This document shows positions 37,823-47,172 of a DNA stretch of 64,000 bases, in pieces. The DNA lies in IMG/VR virus record IMGVR_UViG_3300006139_000503. One strand, 5' to 3'. Position 1 is the stretch's first letter. Each line of letters starts with the position of its first letter. Below the pieces are notes generated by a model. It saw only the letters and a list, made by a program, of their open reading frames with translations. It searched no databases and was not told the origin of the DNA. The translations under genes and the position numbers were made by a program. This DNA is from a virus. Taxonomy: Duplodnaviria; Heunggongvirae; Uroviricota; Caudoviricetes.

Positions 37823-38218
37823 TTACAGCCCCAACATACTTTCTAATGCTTCCTCTGCCTCTTTTTTAGTAAGGAAAACAGTTTTCCCAACATCTTTTAT
37901 CATGTTGTACCTGAAGAATGCAGCAGTCACTATTTTATACAAAGCATCACTGAAATTGTCCCTTTGGTTCATTATGACGTAAACTGTCCCGCCAATTTTG
38001 CAGGGCAGTCTCAGCAGTTTCCCTTGTTCCTCTAATTCCCGGTACTGTTTTAGTTCCGACACCAATTTATGGCATCTTTGCAACATAGAACAAGCAAACG
38101 CATCGCCTTCTTTCTTTTGTCTTTTCATCATACATTCAATTTCCATCAAATCTTTTTCTATATCCCTCATATTCTCCCTATTCCTCCCCAATAATTCGTC
38201 GCAAAATCCCTTTTGCAA
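37823..38218 (-). CDS. Hypothetical protein
   Basis: 131-aa ORF. Confidence 0.35.
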   Translation of the reverse strand: MQKGFCDELLGRNRENMRDIEKDLMEIECMMKRQKKEGDAFACSMLQRCHKLVSELKQYRELEEQGKLLRLPCKIGGTVYVIMNQRDNFSDALYKIVTAAFFRYNMIKDVGKTVFLTKKEAEEALESMLGL

Positions 38219-38675
38219 TGGTGTCAGAATTTCTGTGCTGCGATAATACCTGCTGCTCTTTTACTGAGCTTTCGATGCTTGCCTGAAACCCGTTGTACAA
38301 ATCTCCATGCCGCAATAACTCAGCCCTCAATACCTTCATAGCTTCTTGGACAGAATTGCCCCTTGTACGAGTCCTCCGCCCGGAGTTATGTACTTCTTCC
38401 ACTACAACCTTGCTGCATATCTGGAGTTTTGTATTATTAGCATATTGCAGATACATCTCGACCGCTTCCTCCGTACTAAATACCGGCATAATGTAGTTCT
38501 TTTCTCCCCGGAAATATAGAGTCTTCTTGCTTCCTTTTACCGGCTTGCCCTCAGCAAATTCTTCTATGATTACCATCTCATATGGGATTTTCCCATCGTA
38601 AGAAATCCCTTCAAAATCAACATTATATTTTCCTATTTCCTTAATCATTTCTTCTCCTCTCTGCACATACTTCAC
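38178..38675 (-). CDS. Hypothetical protein
   Basis: 165-aa ORF. Confidence 0.35.
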   Translation of the reverse strand: MKYVQRGEEMIKEIGKYNVDFEGISYDGKIPYEMVIIEEFAEGKPVKGSKKTLYFRGEKNYIMPVFSTEEAVEMYLQYANNTKLQICSKVVVEEVHNSGRRTRTRGNSVQEAMKVLRAELLRHGDLYNGFQASIESSVKEQQVLSQHRNSDTIAKGILRRIIGEE

Positions 38676-38723
38676 TATTTCTACTTAGGGGTTCCTTGCA
38701 TTTTGAATTTATCACCTGCACTT

Positions 38724-38981
38724 CTACAACCCGATGAATTGCTTCCCGGTTCCTTTGCAGCATATACAAATACCATCCCTATCGTGAATGCTACATCGGA
38801 AAACTCCACTTCCGGCACACTCAAGGCATGGTATTTCGAAGACAACATCTTTACAAACCGCTGGCCTTAATTTGACTATTGTATTTCTAAAAAATCCGCA
38901 ATAAACACCCACCTTCCTTTGACACTTGGTATGGAATTTATCCTGTATATTCTTCCAAAACGAATTCCGCATATTCCTCAC
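38724..38981 (-). CDS. Hypothetical Cys-rich zinc-ribbon-like small protein
   Basis: 85 aa with several CxxC pairs (CLECAGSG..CSIHDRDGICICCKGTG). Confidence 0.35.
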   Translation of the reverse strand: MRNMRNSFWKNIQDKFHTKCQRKVGVYCGFFRNTIVKLRPAVCKDVVFEIPCLECAGSGVFRCSIHDRDGICICCKGTGKQFIGL

Positions 38982-39150
38982 CTTATTCTATAATATCATT
39001 TCAGAAATTATCAATTATTCTTTCTATTATATTGACACGATATATGCAATGTATTATAATTATTATACTGATTTGATAAATCGAATCCCCAAACCTTCTG
39101 CAAATACACTAATGAAACTTAGTTTTTCATTTTTTAAGGAGGAATAAGTA

Positions 39151-39345
39151 TTGGATAAGATTTTTCAGTCAGCAGTATCATGTAGTAGTTTATATGGACT
39201 AATCTGTGTAGCTTTAATATGCATTACAATTGTCATTGTAATATTTTTCATATACAAAGCAATTAGTACATATAACTGCATTCATGCAACGTTTCATGGG
39301 ACGTCTGTTCAATCCGAAATAGACCTCCACGACAAGGCAGCGTAA
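39151..39345 (+). CDS. Small membrane peptide (TTG start)
   Basis: 64 aa. SD AAGGAGG 7 nt upstream. Single TM helix (LICVALICITIVIVIFFIY). The terminator hairpin acaaggcagc-gtaa-gctgccttgt follows. Confidence 0.4.
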   Translation: MDKIFQSAVSCSSLYGLICVALICITIVIVIFFIYKAISTYNCIHATFHGTSVQSEIDLHDKAA

Positions 39346-39724
39346 GCTGCCTTGTTACTTTTACTATTTTCTTACCCAATACCAGCCTTACACAGCTAAT
39401 TTCTTATTATACGCTCGCCTCTATCATCTATCCTCGATACGTCATATAATCTATATCTAATTCTCAAATATTTCTTGTATTTATATGTAGTGTATGATAT
39501 ATTTTATAGGAAACCTCTTCGCGGACGAAGGAGGTGGCTACATGAGTACATACGAAGTGTTGACGCTGATTTTCTTAGCATCCAACCTGTTAATTTCCAT
39601 TTTACAGTTTCGTCATGGCTCAGACCATTGATTTCGTCTTTTGTGCGGGTCGGAGCAAATACATCAAAAACGCGAAGAGGTCTTCTTTTTGAAATCTTCT
39701 GCATTACAACACTTTTCTCAATTG

Positions 39725-40051
39725 TCACACATCTTCCACCCTACTCAAATCTCCGCTCCAGAACAGCCATTTGGGATTTTCCTTCAAGCTAACAAAACAT
39801 CCCTCCTCGACATGTGACGTAAAAACCATGCCTTCTGATGATTCCACAAACTCCTTATATTCTGGATTCATCCTCACGTAATTCTTTCCCGCTTTAATCT
39901 TCTCTACATCCAAGCGGACTTTTGCACCCTCCGGAATCACCGGAATGGTCGTGCCCGCCTCAAGCATCACGATGTAAGCTTCTATGTATTCTTCTGGAAT
40001 TCCTTTGGATTTTGCCTTCTTCACAAATTTTCTTTTCTGCTCTCTGTTCAT
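39725..40051 (-). CDS. Hypothetical protein
   Basis: 108-aa ORF. Confidence 0.35.
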   Translation of the reverse strand: MNREQKRKFVKKAKSKGIPEEYIEAYIVMLEAGTTIPVIPEGAKVRLDVEKIKAGKNYVRMNPEYKEFVESSEGMVFTSHVEEGCFVSLKENPKWLFWSGDLSRVEDV

Positions 40052-40454
40052 ATACCCTCCTCATATATACTTTCTTACAAGCCCAATTTACAGTCACCCC
40101 TTTTACCTATAATCCATTATACAAAAAGCTATTAAAATCAGGAGCCTCAGCAGGGTCGTCTTCTTTCTGGCAGCGCGATGCTTGTGTTTTTCGTACTGTG
40201 CAACAGTTAGTTTAACGCCCACTTTTAGGATGAACATCTTGATATAGGGAACTTTTTTCCTAGTGTCATCGCGTGTTCCTTCTCCTTTCCCCCTGCTACC
40301 TTCATGAAACTTCTACTAACAGTTAGAAGCACTGCAATGCAGTCATATCATTATAGGCAAAATACTATTCTTATGTGGTGGCCGGAACCAGCCGTTTTGC
40401 TTGCGGCAATGCTACATGCATTGTTCCTATAACCAGCCCAGACCACCATTTTAC

Positions 40455-41324
40455 TTATTTACCCGTGCCAACTACCGCCGTCCCAGTCCCTTGGACTGTC
40501 ACCCAGCCATGCGTCAGCCGCGCTTCCGCTTCTTTCATCTGAATCAGCTCTGGCGTGATGCTCGAAGCCTTCAGTCGGTTTGCTTTCGCTTCTGCCTCAG
40601 CCTCAGTTATCCTGATTTCCGCCTCATTCTTGGCTCTAATCAGCGCCGTTTCTGCCTGAACCCTTGCGGTTTCTTGTTCAACTTCCGCCTGCTGCTTCTG
40701 TTGTAATGCTGTAACCCTATTGTCGATAGATGCTTTCAGCTTTTTATCTGGATGTACGTCAATAATACTTGCATCCAAGACATTGATGCCGTATGCCGTA
40801 GAAAACGCATCATCTAAGTACGCGGTGAGCTTATTATTAATCTCGCTCCTATTTCCAGAATAAATATCCATCATGGAGTAATCCGTCGTAACCTCTGAAA
40901 CCTTAGATTTCAGAACTGTCTTCACACGGCTCTCAATAATCGCCTCTCCATCCATGCCTTTGAATTTCTTATAGGTTTCCACCAATGTTTCCGGCCTGTA
41001 CCTATAGGACATCTGGAAGCTAATTGACAGCATAGCATCATCCGATGTAGATACTTTGAAAGAATCATCGCCTTCGCTACCCTCCCTGCTATCTTTGGAC
41101 AGAATAAGCTGCTCGTTGCTAACCGTAAATTCCTTGACTTTCTTTGTCGGTGCAACAATATGCCAGCCCTGGGTCAGCGTTTCCCCGGATACGCCTCCGT
41201 TCATGTTGTACACAACCGCTTCGTACCCAACCGGCACCTTTTCGATGCACCCTATTAGGCAAAACAATGCCCCAAAAATAATAATTGCTGTTACTACTGC
41301 TCCCACTAAACCGTTCTTTTTCAT
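40455..41324 (-). CDS. SPFH/band-7 (stomatin/prohibitin-like) membrane protein
   Basis: N-terminal TM helix followed by an SPFH core and a C-terminal coiled-coil (QQKQQAEVEQETARVQAETALIRAKNEAEIRITEAEAEAKANR). Confidence 0.7.
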   Translation of the reverse strand: MKKNGLVGAVVTAIIIFGALFCLIGCIEKVPVGYEAVVYNMNGGVSGETLTQGWHIVAPTKKVKEFTVSNEQLILSKDSREGSEGDDSFKVSTSDDAMLSISFQMSYRYRPETLVETYKKFKGMDGEAIIESRVKTVLKSKVSEVTTDYSMMDIYSGNRSEINNKLTAYLDDAFSTAYGINVLDASIIDVHPDKKLKASIDNRVTALQQKQQAEVEQETARVQAETALIRAKNEAEIRITEAEAEAKANRLKASSITPELIQMKEAEARLTHGWVTVQGTGTAVVGTGK

Positions 41325-41488
41325 CTCGACTTCTTCTCCTTTTCCTCTGTTTCTTCATATTTTATAATATTTGAAATTTCCCTCGTTATTTTCACAACGG
41401 CTCTGCCAATTGGAATGAACACGAAAGAAACCGCAAGCCAAAAAAGAAAGGCGTCACCCGCCACAAATAACCAAAATACTAAATTCAT
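41321..41488 (-). CDS. Small membrane protein translationally coupled to the SPFH gene
   Basis: Hand-translated 55-aa ORF MNLVFWLFVAGDAFLFWLAVSFVFIPIGRAVVKITREISNIIKYEETEEKEKKSR. GGAGGG lies 5 nt upstream. Its stop overlaps the SPFH start (ATGA). Confidence 0.45.
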   Translation of the reverse strand: MNLVFWLFVAGDAFLFWLAVSFVFIPIGRAVVKITREISNIIKYEETEEKEKKSR

Positions 41489-41699
41489 CACTTCCCTCCT
41501 CGTATAATAAGTTTATAGCCAATCAAAACAGGCTATGGACTTATTCTTTTTTGTGATATAGATGAAGGATAATTCAGAAGGAGAATCTTCCCCATATCCT
41601 ATCCCATCTATACTGTCAACAGTTACTTTGATAATCCTTTCTTAATGATATAGGTGAAGGCAATCAGGAGGATTCCCCTCCCACCCTTTCATCACCTGT

Positions 41700-43345
41700 A
41701 CAACCCAGTTTCATAATTGTTTATCCTGTGGTATGATATCAGGCAGAGTCTGATGTCCGAAGGCACTGCTGTTCCTCCTTTCAGCCGGCTTAGTCCGAGA
41801 CTGCTTCGATAGCATTCAGCCTGGCACATACGGCATATTCCGCTGACACAGAATTTTCATCCCCAGCCGTTAGCCCCAGCAAGAAAGGCTGACTGGGTGC
41901 ATGCTCATTGCGCGAGGTTTCGGTCACCGTATGCAGCACAGGATAACCCTTTTGCTTCAGGCTTCACAAATCCCGATCAGAACGGAGGTGATATCATGTT
42001 AAAGATCAACTATATGTCCACCTTGTTTGTAGGTATTGATGTAAGCTCAAAGACCAATGCTGTCTATGCGATGGACTTTGAGGAAAACAAATACATCTCA
42101 TCATCGTTTGGCAATAATCAGCCGGGTGCCGATCAGCTTGTGGATATGATTGCGGAGTGTATGCAGAAGCATCAAAACCTGGATACCCTTCTTATCGTGT
42201 TGGAATCCACTTCTGTGTACAGCGTGCATATTTCCAACTTCCTGTCGACCAGTGAGGTTCTCATGCCCTACAGACCTTACGTCTTCTGTGTAAACCCAAA
42301 GACCACTTCCAATTACCGAAAGTCCTATATCGGAATGGAGAAGACTGATCCCACAGATGCATATCTCATTGCAGACTTTGGCAGGGTAGGCCGCACGAAA
42401 AAACTGGAGCCATGGCACGGCGGGCAGTTCATAGCCCTGAAACGCCTTACAAGGCACCGTATGCACCTTTCTGAGTGCATCACCAGGGAGAAGACTTATA
42501 TGGTGTCTAATCTTTATCTGAAGTTTAGTGAGCTTCAGCTCCTTGAAGGTGATGATAAGCCTTTTGGCAGTCTCTATGGCGCCACGTCCTCAGCTGTCCT
42601 GACAGAATTTCTGTCACCACAGGAGATCATTGATATGCCGGAAGAGGATCTGCTTGCTTTTCTTGCGGAAAAGAGCAGGAACCGCATCTCTGACATATCC
42701 AAAACTTCCGAACTTCTGCGGAAGGCAGCCAGGGATTCCTACCGGTTAGACAAGTGCATGTACGAACCACTGAACATATCACTGGCAAGCTCGTTTAACT
42801 GCATCCATGCCTATCAGAAAGAAATCAGGCTGATAGAGCAGGCGATTGGGAAATGCATCAACGGAATGAACCCTAATGCCCTGATCATCCTCAGGTCCAT
42901 ACCTGGAATAGGTCCAGTATGGGCATCCGGGATCCTGTCAGAAATAGGCGATATAACAGCATTTCATTCGTCCGATGCCCTTGCCAAATATGCCGGGCTT
43001 TACTGGCCTAAAGGTGATTCCGGAGATTTCACTTCTGAGGACAACAACATGTCGAAAGCCGGAAATCCCTATCTTCGCTACTATCTTGGCGAAGCGGCAA
43101 ACAGCGTCAGGAAGCACATCCCTCAATATGCTGATTTTTATGCCAGAAAATATGCTGAGGTAACCAGACATCAGCACAAAAGAGCACTCGCGCTTACATC
43201 TCGTAAATTTGTACGACTCGTTTTTGGATTGCTGGTCAAAAACCAACTGTACACCGGCGAAAAGCTGGACACCGAATATAATATCGAGTCGAACTGACCT
43301 TCGGTTTTTCGTAAAATATACCGAAGGTCTGTTAAAGTTACCCTT
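41700..43345 (+). mobile_element. IS110-family insertion sequence (boundaries approximate)
   Basis: DEDD-type IS110 transposase gene with a long (~300-480 bp) non-coding 5' region and a 3'-terminal palindrome gaccttcggt...accgaaggtc (43306-43340). The family lacks terminal IRs, so I cannot place the ends from sequence alone. Confidence 0.5.
41996..43297 (+). CDS. IS110-family transposase (DEDD RuvC-like N-domain + C-terminal Tnp domain)
   Basis: The N-terminus MLKINYMSTLFVGIDVSSKTNAVYAMD is typical of IS110 (DEDD_Tnp_IS110). The C-terminal region contains the conserved GIGPVWASGILSEIGDI helix-hairpin-helix-like motif. GGAGGTGAT lies 5 nt before the ATG. Confidence 0.8.
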   Translation: MLKINYMSTLFVGIDVSSKTNAVYAMDFEENKYISSSFGNNQPGADQLVDMIAECMQKHQNLDTLLIVLESTSVYSVHISNFLSTSEVLMPYRPYVFCVNPKTTSNYRKSYIGMEKTDPTDAYLIADFGRVGRTKKLEPWHGGQFIALKRLTRHRMHLSECITREKTYMVSNLYLKFSELQLLEGDDKPFGSLYGATSSAVLTEFLSPQEIIDMPEEDLLAFLAEKSRNRISDISKTSELLRKAARDSYRLDKCMYEPLNISLASSFNCIHAYQKEIRLIEQAIGKCINGMNPNALIILRSIPGIGPVWASGILSEIGDITAFHSSDALAKYAGLYWPKGDSGDFTSEDNNMSKAGNPYLRYYLGEAANSVRKHIPQYADFYARKYAEVTRHQHKRALALTSRKFVRLVFGLLVKNQLYTGEKLDTEYNIESN

Positions 43346-43403
43346 TTTTCTGAAAAACATATCAAAATCTTTTTCAAAAAGTTCTTGACATATCACCAGA
43401 ATG

Positions 43404-44513
43404 CTATGCCAAGTAGTGGATATTTTTGTCCATCTTTCGGGTAATAACCAAGCACTCCGGCTCACTTGCTTTTGCTGCTTTGCAAGACTCTACATACGAC
43501 TCTATATAGTCGAGGCTGAACTTGTCAGGCGTTATTACATGGGCACACATGGAAGTGTCAAACACCGCGTCCGTCGGTGTAAACTCGACATCAACGAAAT
43601 TGCCCTCGTTATTATCGTATAAGTATACGGTCTCCCTTTCCTCCCCTCCGAACATATCCAGCTGTACTCTCCTATTCACCGCTGTGAATCCATTCGCGTA
43701 TTTCAAAGTGACTATATAGTACACCTTCTCAATATTGATGATATTTAAGTCTTTAATCGCCTCGCCAAATGCAGAACCCATCTGCAACTCAAATGCAATT
43801 GCGCGCAGGCAGTCGTAGTTCAGGTTTACCTTTCCGGAAAAAGAAACCACGTCTTCAATCTCCCCGTGGTATTTCTCCGGCAGTTTATCTCTCAGGTACT
43901 GTCTGACTTCCTGCACCGATGGATACTCAAACCGGAAATGGTAATGGAACCGCCCCGGCCTGTTTACCAAGTAATCACTCAAGTTCGCAAGCTCATTGCA
44001 TGTAACTACAAACAGCTTCTTCCCAACAGAAATCCCGTCAAACAAGGACAGCATCTGTGTTTGTGGGGATGCGTCCCCATCCTTTGCTCTTACAGTGCCG
44101 AAGGTCTTATCAAATTCGTCAAACAAAATCATTACCTCCTGTTCGATATCTTCGATATAAGAGGCAATTCCTGGATAATATGTGTCCACTATGATAACTG
44201 GCATACCGCCTTTAATAGAAGTTACCGCAAGCATCTTTGCAAGCAGCGACTTGCCGATACCTTTATCACCGCTCAAAATCACTCCCAGGCTACGGTTCAT
44301 TGTAGTAAATGCTTTCATAACTTTCTGTACCTTTTCGTCATGTACGCCATACACTTTCGGCTCTTTAATTTCCATTTCTGGACTCTTCACAAGGGAAAAT
44401 CCCCTGTTTTCGCTGAACCTCACTACATAGAACTGTGCAGGCAGCTGTTCATATACCTGCAGTGAATCATCAAAAATGTCATACGTATTGTTTCCCTGGC
44501 TAATTGCTTTCAT
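43404..44513 (-). CDS. Classic-clade AAA+ ATPase
   Basis: Walker A GDKGIGKSLLAKMLA, Walker B ILFDEFDK, sensor-1 VTCN, and the NRPGRFHYHF arginine-finger/sensor-2 region. 369 aa. Last gene of the putative RT operon. Confidence 0.7.
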   Translation of the reverse strand: MKAISQGNNTYDIFDDSLQVYEQLPAQFYVVRFSENRGFSLVKSPEMEIKEPKVYGVHDEKVQKVMKAFTTMNRSLGVILSGDKGIGKSLLAKMLAVTSIKGGMPVIIVDTYYPGIASYIEDIEQEVMILFDEFDKTFGTVRAKDGDASPQTQMLSLFDGISVGKKLFVVTCNELANLSDYLVNRPGRFHYHFRFEYPSVQEVRQYLRDKLPEKYHGEIEDVVSFSGKVNLNYDCLRAIAFELQMGSAFGEAIKDLNIINIEKVYYIVTLKYANGFTAVNRRVQLDMFGGEERETVYLYDNNEGNFVDVEFTPTDAVFDTSMCAHVITPDKFSLDYIESYVESCKAAKASEPECLVITRKMDKNIHYLA

Positions 44514-44777
44514 AATCTTCTCCTTGTTATATTGTTATTTAATTGTGACTATTCCCACAATCCGTAAGCTACTTTCATTGTGGAAGGAAAGTAGCTTATG
44601 CGAAAACCTGCCACTCATTTATGAGTGCAAGCTAGCTTTGCGAACCTCTCACTAACAGTCGAGAGTTATTACAATTCCTATATGGCTTTATCGCCACATA
44701 CACATTTGTACTGGAAAGGTAATTCATTTACATTGTGGGGTTTAATCAAGATGCGACATGCGCATTTAATATCAAAC

Positions 44778-45320
44778 CTATTGGTCTACGACTTTAATTG
44801 ATTCCAAAAATTTATCAACCTCGTCCGAATCAACATACATATCACCTGCTGGCATCAGCATATCTTTTGATATCTTCCACTCGGAATCATGTCCGAGATA
44901 CTCGTCATACTTAATTTCCGTAATTTCAAATTCAAGACCTCCTATACCGCTCTGCATTTCTTTAGTAAAACGGAAACGGCACTCAATCCATCCGTTCTCA
45001 GATACCCCAAACTCCTCTTCCATATCCTCCCAGTCGCGGATTTTTACCCAGTCACCAACCTGTGGGGCAAAGCTGTTTCTATATTCCCTGTCATACCCTT
45101 TCTGGATAACCTCTGTGTGCGTTGCTCCGTTTTCTACTAAAACAAGATAGCCGATATAGCCATCTTGCAAGTAACCGTTTTTGTCAACCACAATATCCCT
45201 GTCAAGGCACCCATTCTTGCTGTAATATCTCCTGCACCTATCCATTTTTGCTTTTCCCGGAACGCTTTTTGCAAAGCCTTCGGGAATTTTAATATCAGAT
45301 ATGTTCATCGTAAAACTCAT
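44778..45320 (-). CDS. Hypothetical protein in RT operon
   Basis: Start chosen at the internal ATG (MSFTMNI) with AAAGGGAGG 8 nt upstream. The track ORF extends to 45359. I recognise no domain. Confidence 0.4.
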   Translation of the reverse strand: MSFTMNISDIKIPEGFAKSVPGKAKMDRCRRYYSKNGCLDRDIVVDKNGYLQDGYIGYLVLVENGATHTEVIQKGYDREYRNSFAPQVGDWVKIRDWEDMEEEFGVSENGWIECRFRFTKEMQSGIGGLEFEITEIKYDEYLGHDSEWKISKDMLMPAGDMYVDSDEVDKFLESIKVVDQ

Positions 45321-45686
45321 TCTAATTTCCTCCCTTTTCATTTTTTCAGAGTCCTCCAAGCAATCTAGTGGGGAATACTACTTTAGTAAAAGGCCAATCT
45401 GGAGGCGAGCAGCCTGACTTAGCTGACGTTTCTGCTGATTACTATCTTCTGCAACCTTTGTAATACAGTACCTTTCAGTCTAATATACTGCGTTTTAATC
45501 AAATTTCCGTGGATTTCGGCATCTGTTGCCATGACCTTACACCGGACTCGGTTCCCTAGGCTGCTTATTTCCCTTTTCATCAAATTGTTACATCCCGCTG
45601 ACAGCTAGGAGCATATCCAAAAACAGATATAATATCATTGCAGCGGAAGACTCTTCGATTCTTTAAAGTTCTTATATATCGCGAAC

Positions 45687-46826
45687 TCAGATTTTCAAAT
45701 CTGTCTTAATTAACGCCACGATATCAACGCCAAATTTATCGCCAACATGTTTTACCATAGCGTCAATGGTTTCTTTCTCAATCATCCTATAGTAGTTCCT
45801 GTATCCTTCCATTACCCGGATGTCCGTCTTATCCCAGGGCGTCCCATTCCTCCTGTCCATGACATACGATGCCAGCATCGCCTGGAACTGCCGTTTCTTT
45901 TTGTATCCCACGGTAATCTGATTGTCTTTGTTCAGCATCACTCCAAGGTTCCAGTTTGAACCCGCGGATGACCCATACCGGGTCTTCCCTGGATTAATGG
46001 TAAACGGCGCGCCAAAATCAGCGAGCGTCGATATTATCAGTGCCTCAATCTCCCGGAAGCTGAACTGGTATCTGGATGAAACTAAAAAATCATCAGCGTA
46101 CCTTGTATAAACAAACCGCTGATGATTATATTCCCTTAATGTGTTTGCCAGCTTGAAATCCACCGGAATCATTATGATGTTAGTAAGCAGCGGGGATAAT
46201 GGCGTCCCCTGCGGCAAAGCCCCATCAAGGAATGCAAGCTCCAGTGCATCGCTTAATGCGCTTCTCCCAATCCCCTGCTTCAGTACCTCCGAAAATGGGA
46301 AAACCATCCCGAGCATATGCATTACATATTCCAGAGTCGTGCTCCCGAAGAAATTGGAAAGGTCGTATTTCCCAAACCACCTGCTTGCATTCGCCTGGTG
46401 TCTCTTCACAGCATCTAAGGTGCTGCGGTGTTTCACATATGCGAATGCGGACGTATGGTACAAGGCTTTGAAATCTTCCTCGAAAATGGTTTTCAGCCGT
46501 CTCAGCGCATCCATTAATTCTGCATTCGGGGCGTCAATCTTCCTTAACCCTCCGCTCTTCTTCGGGATATGGAACGTATGGTAAAGCTCATGTCTTGGAG
46601 CGCTCTTTAATTCTGCGACGGAATCATTGAACTGGACAAGCTTTGCTATCAATTTCCTTACATCTACCGTCCCTAAAAACCTTTCACTGATTTCCGCTAT
46701 TTCGTATGTACGTGTATTGGTCATATTTGGATTAATACATGTACTTTTAACTTCTGTATTAAACAGAAACTCTTCCAATGTCATTTGATGATACATTGGC
46801 GACTGCTTAACTGTAATATAGAACAT
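45687..46826 (-). CDS. Reverse transcriptase (retron/Abi/DRT-like, stand-alone RT domain)
   Basis: RT motifs: FHIPKKSGGLRKIDAPN (motifs 1-2), QGTPLSPLLTNI (motif 4), YTRYADDFLVS (motif 5, catalytic YADD), LGVML (motif 7). 379 aa with no endonuclease or maturase extension. AAGGAAGGTG lies 5 nt upstream. Confidence 0.85.
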   Translation of the reverse strand: MFYITVKQSPMYHQMTLEEFLFNTEVKSTCINPNMTNTRTYEIAEISERFLGTVDVRKLIAKLVQFNDSVAELKSAPRHELYHTFHIPKKSGGLRKIDAPNAELMDALRRLKTIFEEDFKALYHTSAFAYVKHRSTLDAVKRHQANASRWFGKYDLSNFFGSTTLEYVMHMLGMVFPFSEVLKQGIGRSALSDALELAFLDGALPQGTPLSPLLTNIIMIPVDFKLANTLREYNHQRFVYTRYADDFLVSSRYQFSFREIEALIISTLADFGAPFTINPGKTRYGSSAGSNWNLGVMLNKDNQITVGYKKKRQFQAMLASYVMDRRNGTPWDKTDIRVMEGYRNYYRMIEKETIDAMVKHVGDKFGVDIVALIKTDLKI

Positions 46827-47172
46827 ACTGCACCTTCCTTTCTATGAAAAGCATGTAATCTCATGTATTATGATGATGTCTTTGGAACCCTTCGGTCACC
46901 CTGGGGAGGGTAGAGGCTCCGAAATGATTTGATGATAAGAAAGACTGTGGGACAGTACTTTTACCAATCAAGCTGCTTACTCATTCGCTACTGTCGGATT
47001 TTTTTTTGAACCACCTGCCAATCTTGTACCAGGATTTAAAACCCTTTTGGCAGCCGTGGGATACCTCCCTGGCCTTTCTATCAAATTGTTACTCCCACTA
47101 ACAGTAAGGAGCTACCTCTTGGAGATAAATTTCATTACATGCTTATGTGAGGGCGCTTTAAGCGCCCATCCC

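Noticed and set aside
45579-47093. Diversity-generating retroelement (TR/VR pair) flanking the RT
   Set aside because: The two similar segments are only about 35 bp long. They include indels. The putative VR is intergenic rather than at the 3' end of a target gene. The three A-to-G differences are noted but are too few to call adenine mutagenesis.
45360-47172. Group II intron carrying the RT
   Set aside because: The RT is 379 aa with no maturase (X) or endonuclease domain. No GUGYG 5' end or domain V-like sequence is visible in the flanks.
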